Part shown: in pieces, positions 12,304 to 26,400 of the stretch
Layout of the letters: each line of letters begins with the position of its first letter
Numbering within the stretch: position 1 is the first letter of the stretch
DNA from: Ginglymostoma cirratum
Lineage: Eukaryota
Length of the DNA: 64,000 nt
Reading direction: 5' to 3'
NCBI GenBank assembly: GCA_024137785.1
Contig: JAHRHZ010000085.1
Location: 9,799,548-9,863,547 of the forward strand
Notes under the pieces: generated by a model
Database searches by the model: none
Seen by the model: the letters and a program-made list of their open reading frames with translations, nothing else
What the model was told of the DNA's origin: nothing
Program-made: the position numbers and the translations under genes

Positions 12304-14769
12304 AAAGGAGTAAGAGAAGATATTTAAGTATAAACAACAAATAACAGGCCATAACAATTTAGATGCAGAAGATACTCTTCAGACATATACTGATATATTC
12401 CTGTTCTTTTCTGCTTAGAACTTCAGGCCTGTAGAATCTCACTTATCCGCAACTAGGCATTTCAGTCGTATATCAGATAGGAATAGTTAGTAACTATCAC
12501 TCTAATATCAGCTTAATATTATATGGTTGCTTTGAATAGCATCGGTGATGTCTGTTCAAAGTCTGTTGCAAAGACGCTTTGCGCGCAGAGGGCGCTGCCT
12601 CTCAAGGGTGCACTCCTCTTACGCTTCTAGTTTCTGGTTTCTTGTATCCTCGCAGAATCTATGCTTTTCCCCTCTATTGATACAGCCTGAAAGCCATGCA
12701 GCTTTGTCTTGCCGGTGAACAATTCCTAATTCATGGGGCATGCAACCTGATGTATATAATGTGCTACATCAGTCTCACCCTGCATCATTTTCCAGCAGTT
12801 TATGTGCCAAAGACACATCATGTGCAGCCAGCAGGCAACCATGTCTCAACATCTTGAGGGAACAATCCATGGTGGCAACAATCATTCACGATGGCTTTGC
12901 ACATTAAGTCATGAGCAGCCTGCAACTTCCCTCTAACGGACTCTAAGATCAGGTATTTGATCAGAATGGTGTTGATCTGAGTCTGCAGTCCAAGGACTGG
13001 GGCATGGTCAGTCCTGTAGTTTCATTGGGATCAGTCCATGGATGAGGCAAAGGCAATCATTCAACAATATGGGCACAATTAGCCCAGGGCTGTCCGTTCA
13101 GATCCATCCATACAAAGTAGTATGAGAAAACAAAATGTCTATGGCGGTTACGGTGTAATGGGTAGCGTTCAGGAAAGTACAGTTGAGACCCAGATGAAAT
13201 CAATCATGTATGAGTTAAATGGCGGAGCAGGATCGAGGGACTGAATTTCTTGCTTTGGCTTTTGGTTCTTATGTTCTAAATGATTGTGAGTCTTTGGAAT
13301 CCCTTTCCTCAAAAGGCAGTGGATGCAGAATTTTAAAGTATTTTAAGGTAGAGGCTGGTATATTGTTGATGACCAAGGGGATGAAAGGTTATCAAAAATA
13401 TGCAGGAATGTAGAATTTAGGGTAAAATTAGATCATCTGTGATCTTATTCACTGGCAGAGCAGGTTTGAAGGTTAGAGTAGCCTACTTTAGTTTTTATGC
13501 TCACATGAACATAGCTTGGGAGGTAGCTACCACTTGAAGGAAACTCGGGAATCTAGTTATGTAGTTCGGGTGCTACAGGCTTAGTCGGAGGAAGGGGGAA
13601 TGACAATTGTGAAGGAAGTTCGAATGTTTTTCAGTGACAGCATAGTTTAAAGGACATTTATGAATGGAGTCAGGGAGGAGGATGGTTTTTCCACAGTTAT
13701 GATGATCATGTCATGAAGGAGGAGAAGTGTGAGACCACACCTGGTATGGTCACCTCATATTCCAAGGAACTTGAGATTGTGGAGTTGCATGAAGGTGGGA
13801 AGGAGCTGCATAGTGCAAACCCATGTAGACGGGTTATGTGGGTACTTGTAGAAATTTAAAACCAATGAAATTTCAAAAGAAGAGTGATCAGGAAAGGAGA
13901 GTGCATGTTCTGGGTCTCTAACATGTTGAGGTGACTGGAAGCCACTGGACAAAGATCCATCACTGTTGTCTTCAATCTTGCTGAAATTGTAATGTGTGAA
14001 TTGTGAAGTACAATGGTGAAGATCACATGGAGATAGTGTCTCGACCTGTGAGTGAGGGTGCTGCATGAATATGCCGATATGAGTCCTTTGAAATGGAAAA
14101 CCCCATTGTACATATATCCCTAAATGATAAAAGACCTAGACCTGCAGACTGCCTGATCTCTGGCAATGACAAGATATTAACCCATGTGGATATCGACCAT
14201 TCACACCAGCACCCTTGCTTGGAGAGGCAAAGGAAATATATCAGGATGTCTCACCATGAAGGACAAAGATATCAGCATAAGGCATTGCTCAAAATTCACA
14301 TTGTTCACTTCCTTTCACAGGATTTCGTTTCCTCCTGTCCCTATCACTATGTTAAAGCATTGTCCCTGGTTTCACAAGAGGGAACCTGCTCAGGGGTGGA
14401 ATCTGTTGGTCTTGGACGTTTTGTAGGGAACTCTGGAATTTCTGTGTCATAAGTAACGTTTTGATTGTAAATTTGAATGTTGAATACCTCAATCGCAAGA
14501 CAACACAAAACTAGAAATTTGTGCTTAACATTTTCGCATTTAGCCCAACTTTCATTGCAACATGAACCAAGAATTGTTCTTTTTTCAATACAATGCCTCT
14601 GCATTTTCACAATGCCTCTTGTGAATAAAGTATGTTAAGTAACATAGTTACATCCTAAATGGTTTGAAAGTTTGTCAATGAATTTCAACCAATTTTGTGT
14701 AATAAAGTGATCTGTTGCACAAATTCATCATCGTAACGTGTAATTAACAGCATTGACATGAATAAGGCA

Positions 14770-15840
14770 CTGTTTGGCAGACGGGAAGCATAGAATTCCA
14801 ATGCACTCATCATTTTTGGAGTTTTCAGGCAGTTGCTATTGGGGTAGCACAGGGATCACAGCTTGGATCCCAGTTATTCACAATACATATTTATGATATG
14901 GATAAGGGAACTAAACATAATATCTGCGTGCTTTCAGATGAGCACAAAGCTGGATGTGAGGGTAAGCTGCAAGGTGTTTGCAGAGATGCTTCAGTTTGAT
15001 TTGGATAACCTAACTGAATGGGCAAATACATGGTAGATCTAGTATAATGTAGATCGATGTGATGTTATGAGTTTGGTAGCAAAAGCAGGAAGTCAGATTA
15101 TTATTTCAATAATTATCAATTGGATAGGGGAAGGGGCGTCATGAAATGAGATTTGGGTATCTTTGTACACCAGTCACTGAAAGTAAGCATGCATTTGCAT
15201 CAGGTCGTGAAGATGCGACTAGTTTGTTGACCTTGAAAGCAAGTGGATTTAAATAGAGGAGCAGGGATGTCTTACTACAAATATACAGGGTCTTGGTGAG
15301 ACCAAACCAGGAGTTTTGTGTGAGTTTTGGTCTCCGTTTCTGAGAAAGTATGCCCTCGCAATACAGGGAATGCAAGACAGTTTCCAGACTAACTCCTGGG
15401 ATTGCATAACTGACATGTGCATACAGATTGAATCGATAAGGACTATATTCACAGGAATTTGAAAGAATGAAGTGAGATTTCGTAGAAATGTATACAAATC
15501 TGACAAAACTGGACAGATTAAGCGCAGGAAGGATGTTCCGATTGATTAGCGAAGCCAGAACTAGGGATCACAGATGAGAGATATCGGGAAGGCCATTTAG
15601 GACTGAGATGAGGAGAGATTTCTCCATCTCGAGTGGTGAGTCAATGGAATTCTCTGCCGAAGAAAGTGGGTTAGGCAAAATATTAACTGTTTGCAAGGAT
15701 GAGTTCGATATATTTCTTCAGGCTAAAAGTATAAAAAGAAGCTGCGGGAGGGGTTAGGGAGAGAGAGAGAATAGGGAACTGAATAGGATGATCAGATATG
15801 GTCATGTTGAATGCCTTGGATGGCTGAAGTACCATCTCCG
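14770..15840 (+). mobile_element. Degenerate CR1 LINE 3' portion
   Basis: RT C-terminal and 3' UTR remnants (ggccatttaggactgagatgaggaga...tggaattctctgcc). Confidence 0.75.
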
Positions 15841-17924
15841 ACTTTTGTGTTCACTTATTTTTGTTTTAAGGTCATAAACAGGCGATTTCACACATTATCA
15901 GGTAGATGCCGCTTTTCTAGCTGCAGGAAAACAGCTTGGGAAGTCGTCACCTGATCCAAGAGTAGAAGTTTCCATTACTACAGCTAAGAACTGTCAGGGC
16001 ATTTTAAGCATCCAAAATGGACAATTACGTATTGTCATCGTGCGGAATTAATCGAATTAGCTGTGTTGCTCTGTAGGCATTTTGCTTTGAATTCCTACGG
16101 AGTTTGGAGTAAAATGTTTTTTGTTATTTGCATCATTGATGAGCATGTTTGTGCACCTCTCTGTTTCTGTTAGATGTTCCATTGTTCATGAACTTTCACA
16201 AATAGTTTTGGAATGACTCGTGAGCTACGATCCAATTGATTCATTGTGGGACCGCTTAACTCTTTCTATTCATGCGCTCTCCACTTAATAACGCACATAC
16301 GATCCTGTAATGTTGTTTTTCCCAGTGGGTACAGTGTGTTAGGTAGCTTGTTTCCACTCCTGGCTTAGACCACTTTGTTGGACATAGCAACAGAATTGGT
16401 CGACTAAATTGATGACAATAATAGTGTCAGTGACATGCAGCACCATAATGTTATAGATTGTCATTAAAGTCAACATTAATGCATCGAGGAACACAAATGA
16501 CATTCCCTTACCTTTAATTGAAAGTCTTTTTACATGATACATAATATCCGTCACCGTCAAAGAATTATGAAGAAGCCCAGAGTAAGCTGAGCAATCAGAA
16601 GATTATGGAAATGTTTCTTTACATGGCAGAATTATACGCAAGGATATAGAATGATTCATCATTGGATGTAACTAGGATTCATTCACAGAAGTGCAACAGG
16701 TCAAATATGCGGCTGATTTCAAGCAAAAAAAATCGACTTTCCAACATTAACATGACACAATAGACGAATATTAAGCTCTGCAAACAAAGCACCATATCAG
16801 CATCTGCCATGCTGCAATCTACCTTCCATATCACCCACGCTTAGCGCTAGCTGGATTTTATGATGCTATCCGCTTCTCTTCAGTTTCTAATTGTTGATCT
16901 GTGATGAACCAAGAACCGGAAGTCAATTTCATGATCGAACTGTACTCTCTGCACGCTCTAGCTAACCTCATTAGAACTGGGGAGGAACGGGCAATGTGCG
17001 AGTAACAGCCAAGGTATTTTCGGCTGCTAAGGAAAGCACAACTTTTCTTCTAGAGTCGATAAGTACAAAATGGATTCCATAAATCTGCCTCCCAAATTTT
17101 ATGCTTTACGATTGAAATAAGTGACCATCTAACCTTCTTTATGTTAAGCTGTTGTCCAAATGCTAAATATATCAGGGTGGTGTTTATTGACTTTCAGCAA
17201 GGTAAATGCCCCTCAGTGCAGTTTAGCTCTCCCGAAACAACTTACCTGTCTTTCACAACTAATTGTCAGATGTCAATAATAAGGAAACTATTGGTGACGT
17301 CCTATATATTGAAATAACGTTAATTTCTGCTAGAATCGAAGTGGGAAGATTTCCTCATGCCTGAGCAATTTACGTAAGCTCAAAGAGAACAGGAAACCAA
17401 TTTATGAAGTAATTCCAGGTAATCGAAAATATTTACTGGAGGCATGTTTACAAGAAAAACTAGTCAAGCATGTTCACTGATATGGGTTAGGGAGGGAATG
17501 CTCTAGAAAGGTATTGGCTAAAGTTCTAAACAGACTTTTTGAAAGAACAGATGAATTTTACTTGGCAAAACCTTTACACTTTTGGCCAACCTGAAAGTTT
17601 CTGATTCATTCCAGAAAATATTTTTCCAACTTCAACGACAGTTTATCTTCGTATTATTACTGTTTTTTCATTAACGTGGCATTGATAATGAACACAATTC
17701 ACGCACCGCGTATCCTCTGTTCGGCTACATATTTGTGAAGGTAAAGCAAAGTGGAGTGTGTGGTGCAAAAGTTTCCAGTCTTACTATGACTGTTGATGTA
17801 ATTGATGCTGGCGGGCACCTTAAGACAGTCATGGCCGGCAGGTATAAACTACACCATCCTGCACAGGCCGTGCTTCTTCCAACGAACTGGAAACCTCATA
17901 AAGTCAATCCAAGGTCTTACTCAT

Positions 17925-18370
17925 ACAATCAGATTAGTACAGCACGGAAACAGACTCTTCAATCCAACTCTTCCATATCGACAATATATCCTAAATTAAT
18001 ATACTCTCATTTGCAAGCATTCGGCCCATGTCCCTCTAAATCCTTCGTATTCATTTACATATTTTAAATGTTATAATTGTATCCAACACGACCCCTGGCA
18101 ACTCATTCTTACCGACACCAACCTCTGCGTGCAAACGAATGCCCCCAAGTTCATTTTCAAATCTTTTCCACCTAACCATAAATTTGTGCCCTCTAGTTTT
18201 GGTCTCCCCTGCCCTCGGAAGAGAAGACCTTGACTGTTCACCCTTTCCAAGGCTCTCATGATTTTATAAACCTCTGTAAGGTCACTCCTCAGTTTCCGAT
18301 GTTCCAGGGAAAATAGCCCCAGCCTACTCAGCCTCACAGCTCGAACACTCTAATCGCGCGGCAACGTCCT
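17925..18370 (-). mobile_element. CR1 LINE 3' fragment
   Basis: RLSRLGLFSLEHRKLRSDLTEVYKIMR, the typical CR1 ORF2 C-terminus. Confidence 0.85.
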
Positions 18371-20180
18371 TTTAAATATTTTCAATATTAAATATTTTCA
18401 AGGCTTTGTTTTTCACAGCTTCTATTCCAGCCAGAATTTCGACACCATCTCTTAGCCAGGAAGTTTTTAAATCCTCCGGGTAAAAGGCAGCCGTTTTTAC
18501 GTTAGTATTTCATACAAGTGACTGAGAGCCCTTTAACAGGAATAGTTTTTAACAGGTTTGTGGAAATAGAAAATGTGGTCACATTTGTATGTCCGAGTAA
18601 TGTTAACCAGGGATGTTGTTCATCTTCTTCTTGTTTCATTTAAATTTTAAAGTTGTTCCAAGAATTGAGGCAAATTCTGACATGAGTTGAGCTTAGCAGC
18701 GATGGTTCCAATTAAATATCTCTCAAATATATCTGCCAGATCACATCACCATGCATATGGATTAGATCAATGTCTCGTTTTCCCTCTTATTGTCATTACC
18801 GTTTTAAAGGACTTTTTTTGTGTTTATTGAGAAAATAAAAACATAAGCCAATTCGAAGCATTTGATAAATTACAGAGCTTAGGTTGTTTTGCATGAATAT
18901 TGAGTTGACGGAGATATCTTCAGTGCCTGAATGGGCTTCAAATTAATTATGCAAAATTCACCATTTAAACTCAGCCAGTACAATGAGCACAAACATTTCC
19001 ATGTCTTGATGAAGCTTTCAGGTTATGTGATTTTCACGTGAGAAATACTTCCCACAGGGTTGAGTGGATTGAGGAACTGAGGGCTTTTGACATTTGTCAC
19101 CTCATGAAGGGGTATTATTGACAGTTGAGTGTTACTGGAGGCATCTTACCAGACTCTGAGCAGCGTGTGCTGTGATGAAATGCGTGGTGGAACCCGGTGG
19201 GTTGGTCATCCAAGGCCACATTCATCTTGCTGCAACATCCCCTTTTGCTGAAGCACCGTAGCAAGGGTAGCAAGGGTATTGAAGTCTCTCTGTGGGAATA
19301 ACGCAGCACCCCAACCAAAGAGTTCATTCATCAATGCATGCAATGTGAAAATATACCTTAACAAACAATGTCATAGAACGGAAATTTCTACTGTTCCAAG
19401 TGATAATGAACGATAAAGAATTTGCATTATTGTGGTCCATTCAGTAACAAATTAGGAAATGTTTGGAAAGTGGGATCAAATTGCCATCAAGTGATACATA
19501 CGTAACAATTATCTGATTACTTTCAGATTATCTCTGCGGTGCTTGCATCGGCTATAACTATGAAGTATTGAGCCTATGGTCAAATTGGCAGGTTACCACT
19601 TTCAATCCAAGTGATAATACTTTAAATCAGTCAGAAAGTTCAGCTGATAAGCCTTTTGTGGAGCAATTCTGGTGTCTTTATCTTGGAATCAGGCTGTCAT
19701 ATTTCGAAGCACAAACTGCTCAAACTTAATTGAAGTCAGCAAATATAAAGAAGAGTTATATTCAGTTATTAGCTTTGATTTATTTGTATTAGGGAAAATG
19801 ACTGTGCAAATGAAGGTTTGATGGACCTGTTCAAATCATGACAGTGCCAAAAGCAATGAAGCAATGAAGCAAAAAAGCCTGTTGATCCCATTGGCAGAAA
19901 TTCCAAGAATCAGAAGCTCTGACTGTGGGAAATATGAAACAAAGCAACAGCCACATTTTCAAAAATCATAGTTAAGACTTGTGCGCACTGATGGCCAGTG
20001 ATGGATACAGATCAACTCTTGTTTGGAAGCAGTAAGGACATCAGCAGTGTGAGTTAACTCTGTATTTGCAAATCTAATGGCTTTTTAAAAATCTTTACAG
20101 CACCGATACACGTGATTTCAGAAGGGGAATAACCACAGAAACGATAACATTACATTGGACAATCGAGGCTCAAATTAAAA

Positions 20181-20211
20181 ACCGCATTCACAGGATGTTA
20201 AACGTCATTGC
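20181..20211 (+). promoter_or_regulatory. Conserved proximal promoter block of gene B
   Basis: accgcattcacaggatgttaaacgtcattgc, nearly identical to gene A. Confidence 0.55.
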
Positions 20212-20501
20212 TAAATATCTCTTTGTCATCAATCTTAGCAGTTACCAACTCGTAGAAACTGCCAGCGCAGTGTGTTGAATGCGTTGCTGAAATGTAAGCG
20301 AGGATGAATTTTCTCCATTTGACTCTACTTGAGATTATTCTTTCAGGTAAATTAATTGAAAGAAAACCGCTTTAATTGATAGAAGGCTTTTGAAGCCATT
20401 CATTTAAATAATCTTATTTCCTCTGTCTGGACAAGAATTAATTCTTCTATCTTTATGTTGAATATGACATAGTTGCTTTTACTTCACTATGTTCCTGACA
20501 G

Positions 20502-20816
20502 CTGCAGACTCATTCAGTGTTACTCAAACGCCCAAAGAAGTGACTGTGTCCAGATGGGAAGACATTACCTTGTACTGCACATTCCCCATCTCTCAGCACT
20601 CTTCAAAACCAAAGATAGTCTGGTGGAAGCACGTTCGGAATGAACATATTCAGTTAAGTACCAGTGGCAGAAAACGATTTGGTTTTGAAAACGAAACAAC
20701 GGTTTTCTTTAATTTGCTGAGCGTTAGTATCCAAGATTCTGGAGTTTATTACTGCGCAGTGATTTATCAAGGAATAGGACAAATAAATGGAAACGGTTCT
20801 GAACTAATTGGGCAAG
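20502..20816 (+). CDS. Gene B VJ-type V exon (intact frame)
   Basis: SVTQTPKEV...LYC...WWKH...QDSGVYYCAVIYQGIGQINGNGSELIG. Canonical AG/GT. Confidence 0.9.
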
Positions 20817-21846
20817 GTAAGTGAGAGAGCGAGACTAACTGAAATAGTTCGAAAAAAAACCCAAAATATTTTCTGATCGATTATGTCATCAACTTTGGTA
20901 GTCTCATCATGTGTACTCAGCATTTGCACAACAACCTATAGCTGATGTTTCCATTCCCTTCAAAGAATTGCAATTGGACAGTTAATATCACAGGCAGAAT
21001 ACTACAACATTTATAAATATTAACTATTCAGAGTATAATTCCAAAGACACCTGATACATTGGCTTTTAACAGCAGAATTTCTGATACATGTACTGGCAAC
21101 AAACAAGTTATGACAATGCGTTTCTGCAAGATTCTTTGCTTGTTATTGTTATTGACGTCCTGTTCACCCCAGTTAGTCTTTCTGAGGTAGAAGAGTCCAG
21201 AAAGTAATGCTCACATAATTTTCCTGCATAGTTTGAAAATCCGTGTGAAATTACTTGTTGATGAACAGCATCAATGTAAAAATATAGAAAAACACATACT
21301 TTGAAGTGCAACACAAAGTAGAATCACTGAACTCTAATATACAAGGTTACAGAGAATCAGTAGCTCCTGAGGTTCGGCTGATTCGATGTATTTCACCATT
21401 TGTAAAGCTTTGGTTCTGAAAACTGCCTGATACTGTGGCCTTCATTTAACCAACAATTAGCAGCTTAATTGTTAATATTCGTTTGGGAATAACAAACACA
21501 GAGCTCAAGAACACACATTTGCTTACTCCCTTCCACTGTCCCAGGTCAATACAATATTTACCCCCAATTTCACAACCCCAGGAATACAAAGCAAAGTTTC
21601 CTTGCATTGTTTTAGTGATGAATATTGAATACTGGATTTACACTTCAAGTAAATAAGAGCAAATGTCACCATTAATGAAGGATATTTACTGTTCTAACCG
21701 AATGCTTGTCCAGAAAGCAGAAGGAAAATAAGCTGTACCTTTGAATGTCATTATTACAAAAGAGGGAACCGATTGAAGACGCGACACAAACTTAGCATTT
21801 TGTGATCGTGACCAATAACTTCGTTTTGCTTACTCCTTTCCGGCAG

Positions 21847-22217
21847 TTGCCCCAGTCCCACTGAAAATTATATCCAAGTTACATGAAGAAAATCCAACCC
21901 AATATTTGAGTATTTTATGTGAGACAGTTACATTTTATCCGGAGAATTTCACCCTGACTTGGTACAAAAACGGGATAGAAACTGACCGAGGAATAAAAAC
22001 CAGTAAAGTGGAGAAAAACGAAGGGCTGTATGAAATATCCAGTTCTTTGGTCGAGACTCAACCTCCTTCGCATAAAACCAAGTTTACATGTTTGGTATCT
22101 CACATCTCCCTCAAGACGCCTGCTGTCATCACACGCACCATTTCTACATTTGATGGAGTCTGCGGCACTTTAAATTGGTATTGGTCTTGCATGTATCATA
22201 TAAACTTTGTTCTCTAA
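21847..22217 (+). CDS. Gene B C1 exon, reading through to a stop
   Basis: SILCETVTFYPENFTLTWYKNG...FTCLVSHISL...STFDGVCGTLNWYWSCMYHINFVL*. Confidence 0.85.
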
Positions 22218-22929
22218 TGTCCAGGGTGTTGTGATTTAATACATTACAATTTGATTATTGTGTAAATACTTTGACCCTGCGTGAAATGATATTTTTTGTG
22301 TCACTTCGTCCGTAGATATCCTTTATATTTTCATATAATGAATGCCTAAACACAGTTTATTTATTTGTGAAGACTTGCTCACTGAATCCATCAGTCCAGA
22401 ATTTGATGTGGTTAGCCAAGAAAATGCTGGTGAAATCATTTCTCTAATTTCAAGAAGTACAGGGGCAATAAAGTAGAGGAATAAGAAGTCAACTCGACGT
22501 GCAACTGAAGCAATATTTGGTAACTCAGCTTTTTAATTGATCTTCCATAGCAACGTGCATCGAAAATGCCATCATATTTTAAGAAAAGAATTATAGTGGC
22601 CATTTTTTCAACAATCATAAGCAAATGATGCCGTCTTAATCCTGCAGAGAGTATCAACAATTCACTCGTAATCTAGTCTTCAGTTTGCAAAGTGGTTGCC
22701 TTCACGTTTCTTGTAATACTGGCCATAATAGGAACGTGCAACGTACGTGAATATATCCAAAGTAAGATCTACTTTCACCTGTTTATTTTGCACAAAGCCT
22801 ATGTTCATTTGACAGCTGTGGAAAACGAATGGAATGATGAGAGGATGCCTTATTGGGGAGAATTTGAATTGACTTAAAATTGAAAAATAATTGTTTTTTA
22901 TTTTCTTCACGAACTTGGATTGCTCCAAA

Positions 22930-23440
22930 TGCAGAAAGGCTCATGGTCACATGTGTGGGCCATTCAGCCGCCCCAATCCTGTTCAAAGGGATCACAGCCG
23001 AGGCACTGCTTAACTCCATATACGTATCCCTAAATAGCTTTGCTTAACAAAACGTTGTTGATCTCAGATATAAAATTAAATCAACTTTAATTTGTAGAAA
23101 AATCTTCCAAATATTTACCATCTATGCGTGTTGAAGTGCTTCCAAACATCTTCCCAGAAAGATTTAGACCTAATTTGTGGATTATGTCCACTGGCTCCAT
23201 AATGTCCATCCAAACGGAAATTGTGCATGTCAATCTATACATTCTTCTCCTGATAGTGTATTGAAGGCTTCAATCAGAACACCCATGAACCTTCTAATTT
23301 CTAGAGAAAACAGGCCTAATCTGGGTAGTGTCTACTCATATTTAAATCACTGACGTCCAGGTAATAGTCTTGTGAATGTACATTGTACTCTTTTTAAGGC
23401 CAATGCATCCTTCCTATGCTTTGGTGCCCAGATCTGTTCA
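22930..23440 (-). mobile_element. CR1 LINE 3' fragment in the TM-cytoplasmic intron of gene B
   Basis: Reverse-oriented CR1 tail (ggccattcagcc...gaaccttctaatttctagaga...tggtgcccaga). Not seen at this length in the gene A intron. Confidence 0.65.
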
Positions 23441-26400
23441 CAGTTCGCAAAAAAATAGTTATCAAATGTATGTTGTTCTCCCACGTGTTAAATTCCAAGC
23501 AATTTTCACGTTTCAACATGACAAATGAAATATACCCTGACAAACATGAAGTCGGTAATTTGATTATTCCGCAGAGGAATTATTGCTCCTTGAAGCTTTG
23601 GAGGAAAGGTGCAGATTTCGACAATGACTTCCCTCTCCTCTACACACTCATTTTGCGCTTGGAAACTGAGTCAATAAGTCCATCGCTCAATGTAATTATA
23701 TTTTATTGATTTGTAGATAAAGAGGAATGCACAAGGCAACAAGACCATTGCGAAAACATGGTAAGTTCATTCCTTCATCGCGTTATGGGTTTCAAATATC
23801 TGGCCAATTGCAATAATAGGAGAAATATATGCTAATAAATCCAGGACATTTTAAATCTATTTATTGAAAAACACATCATACAGTATTAGTGTGTGCTTCA
23901 AAACCACGTTTGAAATGTATTTGGTACAGACTATTTTGTTGACAAAGGATGGAAAACTGATTTTTTTAAAAAAAACGAACGTCCTCATACCTGTGAGAAT
24001 GTTTCTTGGTAATAAGACTTTTATAGATTGAGTCATTCTTTATTTTTGAAGAGAAATTTACTATTTAAAGCAGCGATTTTAAATTTAACATTGTGTTGTC
24101 GCATGACAGTGATGATGTTTAATTTGTTATAATGAACACTGTACATGGAGTATTATGGTTCTTGTTTTCACAGGAAGCTGTGGTTGAGGTCTCCTGTGAT
24201 AGACTTCAGCAAAGACGGGAGAACTCCAACACGTGCATTTAAAATAGAGAGAAGCACATATGCTTATGTAGGGCCTAGCATAGAATGAAAAAATCAAATC
24301 ATGAGTCAGGCTGGCAACAAAGACATTTGCTTCTATGGACATTGTCAATGTGATATTTTGAAGTTTATCTTCGTGTTCTTCTGAAGAATAATTTTCATAA
24401 AGTCTAGAAAAAGATCAAATAACAATATTTCTAAATATTATCTTTACAGTTCCCACAAGTTGAAACTGGTGATAAGATGACTGTTTGTGTGAAGGAGGCC
24501 CATAGTATGCTTGAGCTGCAGACTGGAAACAAAATGAAGTAACAGAAGATAGATACGCCCAAGCAAAAATAACAAGCCATAAAAAATGCAGAAGATACTC
24601 TTCGGGCATGTACTGCTTGTATTCTTTTGTTCCTGGAACTTCAGCCCTGCACAAGCTCATCTCTCTGCATATAATGCATTAAAATTTAGTATCAGACAAC
24701 TATAGTTACTACCTATCACTACGCTACACAATTATTCTTTATTTAGTTGCTTTATAGAACTCTAGAGACCTGCATTGAAAGCTTATTGAAAGGTCACTTT
24801 GCATGAAGTTACAGACTGTCTCTAATGTTTGCTTACTTATTCTCATTTGACATCAAGCCTATCTGCATGCAGACAGTATCGATGGCTTGCCTTGCTTTGT
24901 ACTGTACTTTCGGAGCCATACAGCTTATCCTACAGGTGAACAGTTCATACCCAATGGGGCAAACAACCTGATATATGCAATGTGCGACTTCAATCTCACA
25001 CCTGCACCACATGCCAACAGTGAAGGGTCATACATATATCATGTGCTGCCAGCAAGTAGCCATGTAGCAAAGTTTTAGGGGAGAAGTCCTCAGCTAAGTC
25101 CATGGATGTATCTATCAATTATAAAAGACCCAGACATCAAATTAAGGGCAACCTGTCCTTCCAGTCCAAGTATACAGAAACAGTCAGGTGCTAGTGGAAT
25201 GGTGTTAGACAGGGTCTTCATTCCAGGTACTGGGTTATGATCAGTCCTGAGTCTCCTTTCTGCTTAGTTGAGGGGTTAGGGTAAAGGCCAGATGAGAAGG
25301 CAATGATTTGGCAGGAGGTCCACAGTCACGATCATACTGGTGATTAAATGGGAGGCGTGGGAAGTGAGTGAAGCTCCTATGAAGACACCTGGCATGGCTG
25401 CTTCATATGACAAGCAGGGGGCAGAAAGTGGGCACTTACAGGCTGATGTTGATGGGTAGGTTGGAGACTGTGGAGGTGGAAAGCCTATGAGGTTCATGAG
25501 GTGAGCAATCAAGATCATAATTCAGATGTTCAGGGGCTCACACACACATCCAAGTGGAACCTCGAAGCCACTGGCGCAGGATTGGTCATTGACATCTTCC
25601 GTCCTGTTGGAATTCTAACGTGTGCAATCTGAAGTGTAAAGACAGCAAGTGCATCTGGAGAAGGTAGCCAAGAATATTGACCTTTGATGGAGGGGGCTGC
25701 AGGACCCACCAAAGTGAATCTCTTTAACTGGAAACCATATTGCATGCAAGTCCTTAAACTGTATGGGACAGATGCCTTGATCACAGGTGATGGTACTGCT
25801 TTGACCTGATGTGTGGAACAAACTTCACTGTCCTCGATATCGATGAACAGCTAATTTTCCTTCAATAGGTTCCTCTTTTTGACTTTCTTTCCCTTCTTCA
25901 ATGTCCTGGTGCTGTCTCTGGTAACACAGCTTTGTGGATGGAACCTGGTTAAGAATGGATTCCGTTGACCATGAATATTTGAGTCGGGCAAACCTAAGTG
26001 CATTTATACCTGATGTAAATAACGTTTTGACGGTATTTTTGTAGCTTGAGTAGCTTAATAGCACTGTAATAATTATTTAAATTAGAAAAATCATGCATGA
26101 CGTTTCAGTCTAAAGGATACCTTGAAATGAAATATCAACACAGATGGTACTCACTTTTAATACAATATCCCCGCTCATAATGTTAACGAAGAGAGAAATT
26201 CAAGCTAAATGAAGCATTTGCATGTCCTAAAGCCATCTGAATATATTTGACACATACACTCTAGTGAAATATATTTGAAACAATCTCATCATAACAATTT
26301 GTTGGAAACAGTATTGAGATCATTTTCATCACAGCTGTTCTTCACTGAATGACAGTTTCCAATTAAGTTTGTAGAGTTTCTGTTGTGGGTCTGATACAAA

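Larger units (their letters stand above)
20304..24542 (+). pseudogene. Gene B: paralog of gene A with activating-type features (TM Lys, no ITIMs); disrupted or secreted
   Basis: First ATG (20292) is followed directly by TAA. Leader from the second ATG 20304-20346; V 20502-20816 (open); C1 from 21847 (open, no phase-1 donor, reads through to TAA at 22217); TM exon 22648-22761 with TAG at 22674-22676 (TGG in gene A) and SSVCKVVAFTFLVILAIIGTC; cytoplasmic 23717-23760; exon 6 24174-24242 with an 8-nt deletion; exon 7 24450-24542 with a large deletion. Confidence 0.8.
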
